DNA of 64,000 nucleotides from a virus (IMGVR_UViG_3300030118_001869:50107-114106); one strand, 5' to 3'. Numbered from the stretch's first letter, positions 1 to 8,905 are shown. Notes: generated by a model from the letters alone, not told the origin. Numbers and translations: made by a program.

Positions 1-428
1 TCTACAACAGTATCATAGATCTTTGCGTAATGCACAGGGCCATCTGCTAAACCTCCAGTAGAAATTACTGATCCTCTAGGTCTAATGTTACCTAAGTATG
101 CACTGGTTCCTCCACCATACTTTGACATCATACCTATTTCTCTCCCTGCATTTAGTATACTATCTAAATTGTCATCAACGTTACTACCATAACAACTAAT
201 AGGTAATCCTTTTTGTTTACCAAAGTTAATCCATACAGGTGTAGATAAACTATAGTAACCCAAAGACATATAGTGCTCAAACTTTTGTGCAAAGCCTGGC
301 ATCTGCAAATACTTTTCTGCTGTATTTGCTATATCTTTTATTCTTTGTTCTGGTGATTCTGATATATATCCTCTTGATAAAAATTTACGGCTATCTTCAT
401 TTAGCCAATAGTACTTACTAAATTCCAT
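1..428 (-). CDS. nrdA: Ribonucleotide reductase class Ia alpha subunit (5' part; runs off the window)
   Basis: Manual translation MEFSKYYWLNEDSRKFLSRGY...SLSTPVWINFG...LPISC...SKYGGGTS; ATG overlaps the nrdB stop (TAATG). Confidence 0.93.
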   Translation of the reverse strand, partial: MEFSKYYWLNEDSRKFLSRGYISESPEQRIKDIANTAEKYLQMPGFAQKFEHYMSLGYYSLSTPVWINFGKQKGLPISCYGSNVDDNLDSILNAGREIGMMSKYGGGTSAYLGNIRPRGSVISTGGLADGPVHYAKIYDTVV

Positions 429-1408
429 TAAAATAAATCATTTACTGTTATACTTTTACTTTTCTTATTATAATCTATTTGCTTTTTATAGAAGAAGTCA
501 CCTTCTTTTGTAGACTTCATTTCAACTTCAAACCACTTAGTAGCTTCAAGCATATTCTTATCTACATCAAACAAAGGTAACATATCTATCTTTTTTAGGG
601 AATTATTAAATCTATTTTTGATAAAGTTCTTTATTGTTTCTTTGGGTAGGAAACTTAACTCACCTGTTTCAAAGATCCAGTCAAGTATATCACACTCAGC
701 TATATAAGCTTTTTTACATGCAGAGTGTATTAAGTTATGAAACTCTTCATCAAACCACTCAGGGTTTTCTTTTCTGATTATATTTATAATCTCTGCTCCA
801 AAGTTACCGTGAATGTCCTCTTCTTTGGATGTTGCCTCAACTACATTAGATATACCTTTTAATATACTTCTATCTTTATTAAAAGACATCATAATTAAAA
901 ACTGGCTAAATAAACTTACATGCTCAATAAATAAAGAAAACAATAGTACAGACTTAGTGTACATCTTATTGTCTCTACTTCTAGAACCATCTAAGTACTT
1001 TTTTAAGTATTTAATTCTACCTGCTATAGCTGGTATCTCAACCACACTTTTAAATTCATCTTCTAGGCCTAATATTCTAATTAGTCTAGCATAGGCATCT
1101 TTATGTCTAACTTCTGATTCAGCAAATGTAAATCCTACATCTCCTATTTCTGTTATAGGCATACGCTTATATAGATCACCCCAAAATGTTTTTACATTGA
1201 CTTCTATCTGTGCTATAGCTAACATAGTCTTCTTGATAACATCACGTTCTTGATTTGTAATATTTACTTTGAAGTCTTGTATGTCTTCTGTAAAGTTAAA
1301 CTCTGTATCAATCCAATAAGAGTGTCTTATAGCATCTTTATATGCTAGTAGTTGGGGATATTCATATGGTAATATGTTAGTTCTGGGCATAAAAATGTTC
1401 TTGTTCAT
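428..1408 (-). CDS. nrdB: Ribonucleotide reductase class Ia beta subunit
   Basis: Di-iron motifs ESEVRHKDAY, IEHVSLFSQF, KEEDIH; C-terminal DFF...Y; adjacent to nrdA. Confidence 0.95.
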   Translation of the reverse strand: MNKNIFMPRTNILPYEYPQLLAYKDAIRHSYWIDTEFNFTEDIQDFKVNITNQERDVIKKTMLAIAQIEVNVKTFWGDLYKRMPITEIGDVGFTFAESEVRHKDAYARLIRILGLEDEFKSVVEIPAIAGRIKYLKKYLDGSRSRDNKMYTKSVLLFSLFIEHVSLFSQFLIMMSFNKDRSILKGISNVVEATSKEEDIHGNFGAEIINIIRKENPEWFDEEFHNLIHSACKKAYIAECDILDWIFETGELSFLPKETIKNFIKNRFNNSLKKIDMLPLFDVDKNMLEATKWFEVEMKSTKEGDFFYKKQIDYNKKSKSITVNDLF

Positions 1409-1433
1409 AATTTAAAATTTAAGGGTTGAAGAC

Positions 1434-1468
1434 AAAAAGAAGCATATAGCTAGAATACTATATGCTTC
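1434..1468 (-). terminator. Intrinsic terminator or attenuator-like hairpin upstream of nrdB
   Basis: Perfect 11-bp stem GAAGCATATAG/CTATATGCTTC followed by a T-run on the - strand. Confidence 0.6.
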
Positions 1469-1523
1469 AGGACTATTCACTATAATAATCTATAAAAATA
1501 AATTATCCCTTACAAGTTTTTTT

Positions 1524-1718
1524 TTATATTTTCCAATCAACGTACGTAATCTGGATTGTCAAGAATAAAAATCCTAATTCTAAACCATAAAAAGGTCTGA
1601 ATTTTTCATCTTCACATTTCACTGTACAGTTGATAGTTTTGAACCCTAACAGGGTTTCATTAGGTAGAACATTAAAGTATACTCCTAATCTATTTTGATT
1701 TTTAGAAATTGTATTCAT
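1524..1718 (-). CDS. Small hypothetical protein, amphipathic beta-strand pattern
   Basis: 64-aa ORF with TATATTTG box upstream (1765-1772). Confidence 0.65.
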   Translation of the reverse strand: MNTISKNQNRLGVYFNVLPNETLLGFKTINCTVKCEDEKFRPFYGLELGFLFLTIQITYVDWKI

Positions 1719-1764
1719 ATAAAATTTGGTTTTTGAATATTAAAAATAGGACAGTGTCCGTAAA

Positions 1765-1772
1765 CAAATATA
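1765..1772 (-). promoter_or_regulatory. Bacteroidota -7 promoter element TAnnTTTG
   Basis: TATATTTG on - strand, about 47 nt upstream of the 1718 ATG. Confidence 0.55.
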
Positions 1773-1797
1773 ATGTTAATTGTATTAACCACATAAT

Positions 1798-1809
1798 TTT
1801 TGTATATTA
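1798..1809 (+). promoter_or_regulatory. Putative phage late promoter TTTTGTATATTA
   Basis: Identical 12-mer also at 34805, 51225 and 52596, each before a + strand gene block. Confidence 0.65.
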
Positions 1810-1835
1810 AATATATAACCAATAAACGAAGAATT

Positions 1836-2087
1836 ATGTTTAAGAATATTTTAGATGGCATCTGGAACTTCTCTTTAAAAAAAGGGTGGAACTGGATATG
1901 GTCAAAAACGGATATAGATGAAAAGGCAGTAGCTACAGTTAAAGAGATTAAGAAAAGATATAAGCTTACTGCACAAGAATTAGCTGATGTAGCTGATGCT
2001 ATTAAAGAAGTAGGAAACCAGATAGGGGATCTTGATGATGCTGTATCAGGTGGCAAACGTAGAGGTAGACCAAAAAAGAATGGCTAG
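1836..2087 (+). CDS. Hypothetical protein with basic AT-hook-like tail (RRGRPKK)
   Basis: ORF track; ATG at 1836 preferred as start. Confidence 0.7.
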   Translation: MFKNILDGIWNFSLKKGWNWIWSKTDIDEKAVATVKEIKKRYKLTAQELADVADAIKEVGNQIGDLDDAVSGGKRRGRPKKNG

Positions 2088-2214
2088 AGTAATACTCAGA
2101 CCCTACGTTAAGCCTAGTAAAAAGAAAAGACCAGGCATCCATTCTAAGACTAAACAGTCTAATCAGAAAGGAAGCAAACTATATTTTAAAAAGTATAGAG
2201 GTCAAGGTAGATAA
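2080..2214 (+). CDS. Small highly basic protein (ends KKYRGQGR)
   Basis: ATG at 2080 overlaps the previous gene; 44 aa, K/R rich. Confidence 0.7.
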   Translation: MARVILRPYVKPSKKKRPGIHSKTKQSNQKGSKLYFKKYRGQGR

Positions 2215-2240
2215 ATGTTTAACAATTAAAAATTAGAATC

Positions 2241-2486
2241 ATGGCTGAAAAATTATTTAAAGCTTTAGCTAAAAAAATGGGCAAAGACAAATCTATGAGC
2301 ATCTTACAAAAGATGGCTAATGGAGGAGGCAATATGCCTAAAGACGTAACAGAACTTATGCAAGCTAGAAATGGAATGGGATCAATGATAAACCCAGAAC
2401 TAAGTAAGGCAGAAATGGGCACAGAATATGAGTATGGTTACGGAGGTATGGTTAAAAAGAAGAAGAAGTCTAAAAAAAAAAAGTAA
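2241..2486 (+). CDS. Small Met/Gly/Lys-rich protein
   Basis: ORF track; YGGMVKKKKK tail. Confidence 0.7.
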   Translation: MAEKLFKALAKKMGKDKSMSILQKMANGGGNMPKDVTELMQARNGMGSMINPELSKAEMGTEYEYGYGGMVKKKKKSKKKK

Positions 2487-2551
2487 AAAATAAATATCAG
2501 ATAGGAGGGCAGCACTCAACTGCAGCCACTTACTCTGGAAAATAATTTACT

Positions 2552-3157
2552 ATGAATATTTTAACTGATATACTTAGTTTAATTAAGCAGGACAAATACG
2601 CAAGTTCCGCAGCAGACAATGATGTTATAGCAATAGGTGTACACGAACCACCAGACATGTTAGGCATAGCATCTCCCGTTCCCTATAAGTCTGTTAAAGT
2701 AATCAAACTCAAGGACTTACAAATACCTGCACAGATTTGTACCTATGTAAATGTTCCTGAGACAATACTTGGCAATACTGCTGGAGTATACAAGGAGACC
2801 GTTACAACAACAAATCCGCAAACTTGCACAGTCAAGTTGCGTAAACTCAAGTCCCTATCAGTTAACACTACAATCCAGGAAAACGGTGATTATATTGACA
2901 TAACCACTACTGGGGAGCCTAACAAGGCCGAGAATCTATCTACTACAACTGGCTTAGGTGTATTTGCACAGAAGAATGGGGAAACGCTACAGTTTAAGTC
3001 TATTAAGGCAGATGGAGCAGGAGGTAAGTTTAGTGCTAACTCAGAGCTTATAGAGTTAGCCTATGCTAAAGATATCAGATTAACGTCACCTAACGGTAAA
3101 GTTTGGAAGATTAATGTAAGTGATGAAGGTACGTTGTCAGCAGTAGAAGTAACATAA
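2552..3157 (+). CDS. Putative virion structural or decoration protein
   Basis: Beta-rich; C-terminal LTSPNGKVWKINVSDEGTL motif typical of phage fibre proteins; N-terminus resembles the 5424 and 7600 proteins. Confidence 0.55.
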   Translation: MNILTDILSLIKQDKYASSAADNDVIAIGVHEPPDMLGIASPVPYKSVKVIKLKDLQIPAQICTYVNVPETILGNTAGVYKETVTTTNPQTCTVKLRKLKSLSVNTTIQENGDYIDITTTGEPNKAENLSTTTGLGVFAQKNGETLQFKSIKADGAGGKFSANSELIELAYAKDIRLTSPNGKVWKINVSDEGTLSAVEVT

Positions 3158-3168
3158 AATTTAAAGTA

Positions 3169-3369
3169 ATGCCAGCAAAGAAAAAGAAAAAGAGTACAGT
3201 AAACGCATCAGGTAATTACACAAAGCCAACTATGCGTAAAAGATTGTTTAACCAAATCAAAGCCGGTAGCAAAGGTGGTAGACCAGGACAGTGGTCAGCA
3301 CGTAAAGCTCAAATGCTAGCTAAAAGATATAAAGCTGCAGGTGGAGGTTATAGAGGAAAAAAGAAATAA
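3169..3369 (+). CDS. Basic protein, DUF5872-like N-terminal half
   Basis: YTKPTMRKRL...IKAGSKGGRPGQWSARKAQMLA...GGGY motif. Confidence 0.7.
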   Translation: MPAKKKKKSTVNASGNYTKPTMRKRLFNQIKAGSKGGRPGQWSARKAQMLAKRYKAAGGGYRGKKK

Positions 3370-3836
3370 TGTCAAAACCTAAGAAAAAATTTAAGGATAC
3401 TAAAGTAGGCCAGTTTCTTACAGATAAAGTACCAGGTATACTTGGTGTAGTAGGAGATGTTTTGCCTGACGCAGGTGTATTAGGTGTAGTAAAAGGATTA
3501 ATTGAAAAAGAAGATCCTGTAGTACTACCACCAGAGGATAAAGAGAAAGCAATGAAGCTGCTTGAACTTGATATGATAGAGATGCAAGAAATTAGTAAAA
3601 GATGGGATAGTGATATGAAGTCAGATTCCTGGCTCAGTAAGAATACTAGACCTATGAGTCTAATTTTTTTGACATTATCTATGGTTTTATTAATTTTACT
3701 AGATAGCTTTGAGTGGAGCTTCAATGTATCAACCGGTTGGGTAGATCTTTTGCAGACACTTTTAGTTACAGTCTATGTAGCTTATTTTGGTTCAAGAGGG
3801 GCAGAGAAGTTTCAATCAATAACTAAAAATAAATAA
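3369..3836 (+). CDS. Putative holin (GTA/3TM holin-like)
   Basis: RWDSDMKSDSWLSKNTRP motif, two TM helices, YFGSRGAEK. Confidence 0.75.
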   Translation: MSKPKKKFKDTKVGQFLTDKVPGILGVVGDVLPDAGVLGVVKGLIEKEDPVVLPPEDKEKAMKLLELDMIEMQEISKRWDSDMKSDSWLSKNTRPMSLIFLTLSMVLLILLDSFEWSFNVSTGWVDLLQTLLVTVYVAYFGSRGAEKFQSITKNK

Positions 3837-3838
3837 AA

Positions 3839-4063
3839 TTGAATATATCTAAAGAAGTATATAAGTATTTAAAAACCAAAGCTGAGGCTGATAAGGCTAA
3901 GGCTCTTTTAAGTTTAGAACTACTAGGTAATAATGCAGTTGGTATTGGAGATCACTCTACTGGTGATTTCTATAAGAATGTAGATGAAGCATTTGAAGGA
4001 CTGTGTGATGCACTTGATAGATTAGACGTATTAGATAAAAATTTTGAAGTAGAATGGGACTAA
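3839..4063 (+). CDS. Conserved phage hypothetical protein (AVGIGDHS motif)
   Basis: ORF track, TTG start, helical hairpin. Confidence 0.65.
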   Translation: MNISKEVYKYLKTKAEADKAKALLSLELLGNNAVGIGDHSTGDFYKNVDEAFEGLCDALDRLDVLDKNFEVEWD

Positions 4064-4296
4064 CAAAAAGACAAAAGAGTCTTAAGAGATGGACAAAACA
4101 GAAGTGGAGAACACCTTCAGGGAAAAAAAGTTCAGAGACTGGAGAAGTTTATGCTCCGTCAAGAACAATAAAGAAACTTAAGTCTACTAAAAAGGGTAGA
4201 GCTAAGTTAGCAGCTGCTAATAAAAAGAAAAGGGCTGCAACTAAGAAAGGTAAACAACACGCAAGACATGGATTGCACAAAGGTAAAAAAAGATAA
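4054..4296 (+). CDS. Basic protein, DUF5872-like C-terminal half
   Basis: QKSLKRWTKQKWRT.SGK.S.ETGEVY.P motif. Confidence 0.65.
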   Translation: MGLTKRQKSLKRWTKQKWRTPSGKKSSETGEVYAPSRTIKKLKSTKKGRAKLAAANKKKRAATKKGKQHARHGLHKGKKR

Positions 4297-4298
4297 CT

Positions 4299-4574
4299 AT
4301 GGCAAAGCATAAAAAACAACAAGCAGCAATTGCAATAAGTATGAAAAAGAAAGGTAAGAAGCCTAAAGGAGCAAAGCCTATGGCTAAGTCACTTGTAAAG
4401 AAGAAAGCTGGTGGTTCAGTTTCTTCTAAAGGTGTCAAAGCTCCAGCAGGTTTTCACTGGATGAAAGCAGGATCAGGATTTAAGTTAATGAAGAATCCAC
4501 CAAGTGGATATAAAAAACATCCTGGCTCATCACTTGTTGCTAAGTTTAAGATACAAAAGGTACATAAGAAGTAA
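4299..4574 (+). CDS. Small highly basic protein
   Basis: KAPAGFHWMK motif, K-rich. Confidence 0.7.
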   Translation: MAKHKKQQAAIAISMKKKGKKPKGAKPMAKSLVKKKAGGSVSSKGVKAPAGFHWMKAGSGFKLMKNPPSGYKKHPGSSLVAKFKIQKVHKK

Positions 4575-4885
4575 TGCCTAGAAAGAAAAAAGACCCTAAA
4601 GTAGGGACTGGTAAAAAACCAAAAGGTAGTGGTAGAAGGCTATATACAGATGAGAATCCTAAAGATACCGTACGTATAAAGTTTGCTACACCTGCAGATG
4701 CTAGAGCAACTGTAGCTAAGGTTAAAAAAATAAATAAACCTTTTGCTAGAAAGATACAGATATTAACTGTAGGGGAACAAAGAGCAAAGGTTATGAAAAA
4801 GACACAAGTTGCTTCAATATTTAAAAAAGGTAAAGAAGCTATAAGAAAGAAACATGGCAAAAAAAAGAGATCCAAGACTAGCTAG
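4574..4885 (+). CDS. Small highly basic protein
   Basis: GTGKKPKGSGRRLYTDENPKDTV motif; TAATG coupling to previous gene. Confidence 0.75.
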   Translation: MPRKKKDPKVGTGKKPKGSGRRLYTDENPKDTVRIKFATPADARATVAKVKKINKPFARKIQILTVGEQRAKVMKKTQVASIFKKGKEAIRKKHGKKKRSKTS

Positions 4886-5144
4886 AGCAGGAGTATCAGG
4901 TTTTAATAAACCTAAAAGAACTCCTAACCATCCTAAGAAATCACATATTGTGGTAGCTAAGGAAGGTAATAAGATTAAAACCATACGCTTTGGTCAGCAA
5001 GGAGCAAAGACAGCAGGTAAACCTAAAGCAGGTGAGTCAAGTAGAATGACTAAAAAGAGAAAGTCTTTCAAAGCTAGACACGCTAAAAATATTGCTAAGG
5101 GTAAAATGTCTGCTGCTTATTGGGCTAATAGAGTAAAATGGTAA
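4854..5144 (+). CDS. Small highly basic protein (IRFGQQG...RKSFKARH...YWA..W family)
   Basis: Motif pattern recurrent in phage basic proteins. Confidence 0.75.
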   Translation: MAKKRDPRLARAGVSGFNKPKRTPNHPKKSHIVVAKEGNKIKTIRFGQQGAKTAGKPKAGESSRMTKKRKSFKARHAKNIAKGKMSAAYWANRVKW

Positions 5145-5148
5145 AGAT

Positions 5149-5421
5149 ATGTGGGAGTTATTCAAAGATCATAATGACATTAATGAGAAATCCATTATTG
5201 GGTTTATCTCATTCTTTGTTATGGTGGTTTTTGCATGCGCAGATCTTCTAACAGGATACTTTGGAAAAGATTTAGTGATAAATGAGTTTATATACAATTC
5301 ATTTGTATGGGTAACATTAGGTTGCTTTGGAATTGCAGAGGTAGGTGCAGTACTAAATGGTAAAAAGAAAAATCCTCCAAAGAAAGAGGATGCAGATATT
5401 AATATAAATATAAGTAAGTAA
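5149..5421 (+). CDS. Two-TM membrane protein (possible second holin or antiholin)
   Basis: Two hydrophobic helices, charged tail. Confidence 0.6.
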   Translation: MWELFKDHNDINEKSIIGFISFFVMVVFACADLLTGYFGKDLVINEFIYNSFVWVTLGCFGIAEVGAVLNGKKKNPPKKEDADININISK

Positions 5422-5423
5422 TA

Positions 5424-7580
5424 ATGAATTTATTTCAGGAACTAACTAGTATGTTTTCAAGGAACCAGTTTGTGGTCAAGCCTCCTAAAGGCACTGACTA
5501 CTTTCCTTTGGGTATACATAAAGGTAATAGAAGGGGTTCTATAACAAAATACCCGGAAGTAAAGTTAGTTACTCTTAAAGAGGTTGCAGACTATATAGCA
5601 ACTGTCAATGATCAGAGACTTGATGAAGTACTAATTGTAGGTAATTATACTGGTGGTAGAGATATATTTGTTACTGCAGGTGACAGTGTTAGATTTACAT
5701 CTACTTCTAAAATTACTATGGGAGATGATACTAATGATAATATTAATGACTCAAAGTTTGATATATTTCACAATGGTACTAATGCTGTAATCAACAATAA
5801 AAAAGGTAAACTTGCTTTAATTAATGAAGAAGAAGATGCTATAATGCCTTTTCAACTAAATGAAGGCTCTGGAGTTACAACATACTTTGAAGCAGATCCT
5901 AGTGGAGCTGCTAGGTTAGTTAGATATTATAAAGATATATTACTTAAAGATAATGTATTACTAAATGCAGGTGATGGAAAAGACTTTAGGTTTTATCATA
6001 CTGGTTCACATTCTTATTTAGAAGTAGGCCCTAGTGCACCAGGTAATCTATATATTAGAAATAGAAATGAAACTGGTGATATTTTATTTGCTGCAGACAC
6101 GGATGGAATGGGTACTACAGATACCTACTTTATGATAGATTCTTCTGCACTACAAACTCAATTTTTTTATAATGTAGAGCTTCAAGATCATGTAAGACTT
6201 GGTTTAGGAGACACAATGGATATGTCTTTGTATCACACAGGAAGTCAAGCTTACATAAGTAATACTACAGGTATACTAGATATCAAAAGTACAAATGGTA
6301 ATCTGCAACTTTCTTCTGGAACACAAATAGATATTGGTAATAACTCCGGTGTTCTATATACATTACCGCTTGCAGATGGTACTGCAGGTCAAAGTGTAAT
6401 AACTGATGGCTCAGGTGCATTATCTTTTGGTAATGCTGGTCTTGCTAACGGAGTTGTAGTTAATGACTCAAATGCAAACACAGACTTTCCAGTTGTATTC
6501 CATGATGAAAATAATAATTTATTAGATGATACGGGAACATTTACATATAGTCCTGGTAATAGTAGATTAAAAATAGATGCATTAACAATAGATAGCACAA
6601 AACTATCAGGAGTAAACATAGTTATAAACTCAGATCTATTAAGATTAGGTGAAGAAGGTACTAGTAAAAATTATTTGCAAGGTAGTGCAGGCGGTCCAGT
6701 TATAATATCTTATGATGGTGATAATAGATTCTCTACACAACCAGATGGTATTAAATCTATAGGTGTAGTAAAAGTAGCTAATACAAGCAATCAATTACAA
6801 TTTACAATACCAGCAGCTCAAGGTACCGCAGGTCAGGTTCTAAAGTATCCTTCTTCTGGATCCACATTAGAATGGGGTAGTGTAGGAAACCAAAATCTAT
6901 ATGAAACAATTGCAATTCAAAATGCTAATGGTACTACTAATATACCAGCAACTACTACAACAGATACATTTACTATTAAAGAAGGAGCAGGTATAATACT
7001 TGATGAAGATGCAAGTAATCAACTAGTAGCTATTAAGCAATCTTCTGAAAGTCTACATACTAAAGGTAGTTGGCTTCCAACACTTAATGCAAGAATTGGT
7101 GTAACCCAACAAGCAGGATTTGAGGTAACTAATTATGCTATACAACAAGGTAGATGGCATAGACATGGTAACTTAGTAACTGCAATGTTCAAACTTAGAA
7201 TAAATACTGATCAAATAACTCTATCTAGTAATACTAAGGGTGTATTATACATAGAAACTTTTCCATATGATTTGGCATCAGGTAATGCTTTTCATAGTGT
7301 TGCAATGCAAAGAGTTGAAGGTTTGCTACCCCTTTCTTCTGGAAGTGGTCATGGTCAATGGATGCTAACCAGTGTATTTGGGACACACTTTAATAGTGAT
7401 GGTGCAATAGAAATTAGAAGATTAAATTATAATAATAATACTATTCCAGGTATTACAGAGTTAATGCTAGAAGAAGATATTCCTACAGGCTCTAGTGTCT
7501 ACAGTATCTATTTAGAAGGTGTTATTACATATGAAACAAACGATGCAACTATACATAGTACTGCGTCAGTAGATAGTTAA
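5424..7580 (+). CDS. Tail or head fibre-like virion protein
   Basis: 718 aa, G/T/N/S-rich; repeated (F/L)YH.G...Y(L/I).N..G.L modules; TLP..DGTAGQ.L..DGSG motif; C-terminal GSW.PTL...GRW.RHGNLVT receptor-binding-type domain. Confidence 0.75.
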   Translation: MNLFQELTSMFSRNQFVVKPPKGTDYFPLGIHKGNRRGSITKYPEVKLVTLKEVADYIATVNDQRLDEVLIVGNYTGGRDIFVTAGDSVRFTSTSKITMGDDTNDNINDSKFDIFHNGTNAVINNKKGKLALINEEEDAIMPFQLNEGSGVTTYFEADPSGAARLVRYYKDILLKDNVLLNAGDGKDFRFYHTGSHSYLEVGPSAPGNLYIRNRNETGDILFAADTDGMGTTDTYFMIDSSALQTQFFYNVELQDHVRLGLGDTMDMSLYHTGSQAYISNTTGILDIKSTNGNLQLSSGTQIDIGNNSGVLYTLPLADGTAGQSVITDGSGALSFGNAGLANGVVVNDSNANTDFPVVFHDENNNLLDDTGTFTYSPGNSRLKIDALTIDSTKLSGVNIVINSDLLRLGEEGTSKNYLQGSAGGPVIISYDGDNRFSTQPDGIKSIGVVKVANTSNQLQFTIPAAQGTAGQVLKYPSSGSTLEWGSVGNQNLYETIAIQNANGTTNIPATTTTDTFTIKEGAGIILDEDASNQLVAIKQSSESLHTKGSWLPTLNARIGVTQQAGFEVTNYAIQQGRWHRHGNLVTAMFKLRINTDQITLSSNTKGVLYIETFPYDLASGNAFHSVAMQRVEGLLPLSSGSGHGQWMLTSVFGTHFNSDGAIEIRRLNYNNNTIPGITELMLEEDIPTGSSVYSIYLEGVITYETNDATIHSTASVDS

Positions 7581-7599
7581 ACTTAAAAATTATAAAACA

Positions 7600-8607
7600 A
7601 TGAATATATTTCAAGACTTAGCAAGCATGTTTAACAAGAATCAATTTGTTATAGGCGGTGTGCCTAAAGCAAAGGATTACATTCCTATTGGTATAGATAA
7701 GGGTAATAGACCTGGTACACCAGTACATAATCCAGAAGCCAAGCTAGTTACTGTTAGTAACTTGGCCAGTGCTGTAGCAAATGTTCTTGAGACAGCCTCA
7801 GATTTTAATAGACTTAGAGTATTAAATTCTTCAGAGGCACAATTTAACCCAGTAGAAAATACATCTTTAGTTACATTTGCGAAGAGAAGCAATGACAATG
7901 GATTATCAATAGCATTTAACGAGAAGGTTCAGTTCCACGGTTCTCAAGCGAGTGGCACAAACCAATACGGTAGAATGCTTGGATTAGAGATTGAAACTGC
8001 ATACACTGGTGGATTCCCACAACTTGTTGCACAACAGGTTAAGAGTGAGTTCAAGGGAACTGGCAATGCCTACTTCGTTATAGGGCAGATCAATATTGCA
8101 GAGATGGATGGTGCTAATAATAAACAAGTAAATAGTGTATATGGTCACAGTAATCAAGTGAGACTCAAGGGATCAGGTACAGATACAACTGAGTTTGTTA
8201 TTGCTCACCACAATACAATTGATGTAGACAATGCAACACAAGATATCAATAATATCTATTCAGGATACTATGAAATGGATATCAATGCAGGTGCTACAAT
8301 AAATGATGCATACCAGATATACCTTAACTACAAGAAGTCATCAGAGACATTAGTAAATTATAAAGGTCTATATCATAAGTATGATGGATCTGCAACAGGA
8401 ACTGCACAGTTTATACATAATGAAGCAGACTTGCCTCTAGATACTGCAGGAGCTGTTAATGCTAAAGAGTTTAATCTTAATGCACTTAACGCAGGCCCAG
8501 CAGCTAATGCTACAGGAACTCCTGGACAGATCAGAATAGATGCTGATTATATCTATGTATGTGTTTCAGATAACACTTGGAAAAGAGCCGCATTATCAAC
8601 CTTTTAA
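7600..8607 (+). CDS. Fibre or spike-like virion protein
   Basis: N-terminus paralogous to 5424; C-terminal ATGTPGQIRIDADYIYVCVSDNTWKRAAL module common in phage fibres. Confidence 0.7.
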   Translation: MNIFQDLASMFNKNQFVIGGVPKAKDYIPIGIDKGNRPGTPVHNPEAKLVTVSNLASAVANVLETASDFNRLRVLNSSEAQFNPVENTSLVTFAKRSNDNGLSIAFNEKVQFHGSQASGTNQYGRMLGLEIETAYTGGFPQLVAQQVKSEFKGTGNAYFVIGQINIAEMDGANNKQVNSVYGHSNQVRLKGSGTDTTEFVIAHHNTIDVDNATQDINNIYSGYYEMDINAGATINDAYQIYLNYKKSSETLVNYKGLYHKYDGSATGTAQFIHNEADLPLDTAGAVNAKEFNLNALNAGPAANATGTPGQIRIDADYIYVCVSDNTWKRAALSTF

Positions 8608-8617
8608 TTAAATAGAC

Positions 8618-8680
8618 ATGAACAATAGATTATCAAGAAAAGATGGAGAGCCAGCACCGGTACCTCCATTATGGGATTAG
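8618..8680 (+). CDS. 20-aa micro-ORF MNNRLSRKDGEPAPVPPLWD
   Basis: Manual translation; A-rich leader; lies between the last late gene and the terminator. Confidence 0.4.
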   Translation: MNNRLSRKDGEPAPVPPLWD

Positions 8681-8721
8681 AGTAGTTAAATTTAAGGAAT
8701 AACTATACTACTCTAAAGAAG

Positions 8722-8746
8722 AAGGGCCCTAACCGGCCCTTTTTTT
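8722..8746 (+). terminator. Intrinsic terminator at the convergence of late and early blocks
   Basis: AAGGGCC-ctaacc-GGCCCTT followed by T-run. Confidence 0.75.
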
Positions 8747-8905
8747 ATCTTCTTTATCATAGCTCATCACTGATGGTAAACCAGAGTAATGGCATATATC
8801 AGGATATTTCTCTTCTTCCTTCTGCTCTTTACGTATATCCCATACTAAACAACATGCATAAGTTATAAATATAAATGCCCCTATAATAAACATTATAACA
8901 TTCAC
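8729..8905 (-). CDS. Small membrane protein (58 aa, CHYSGLPS motif)
   Basis: Manual translation from GTG: MNVIMFIIGAFIFITYACCLVWDIRKEQ...ICHYSGLPSVMSY; overlaps the stop of the upstream gene. Confidence 0.5.
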   Translation of the reverse strand: MNVIMFIIGAFIFITYACCLVWDIRKEQKEEEKYPDICHYSGLPSVMSYDKEDKKRAG

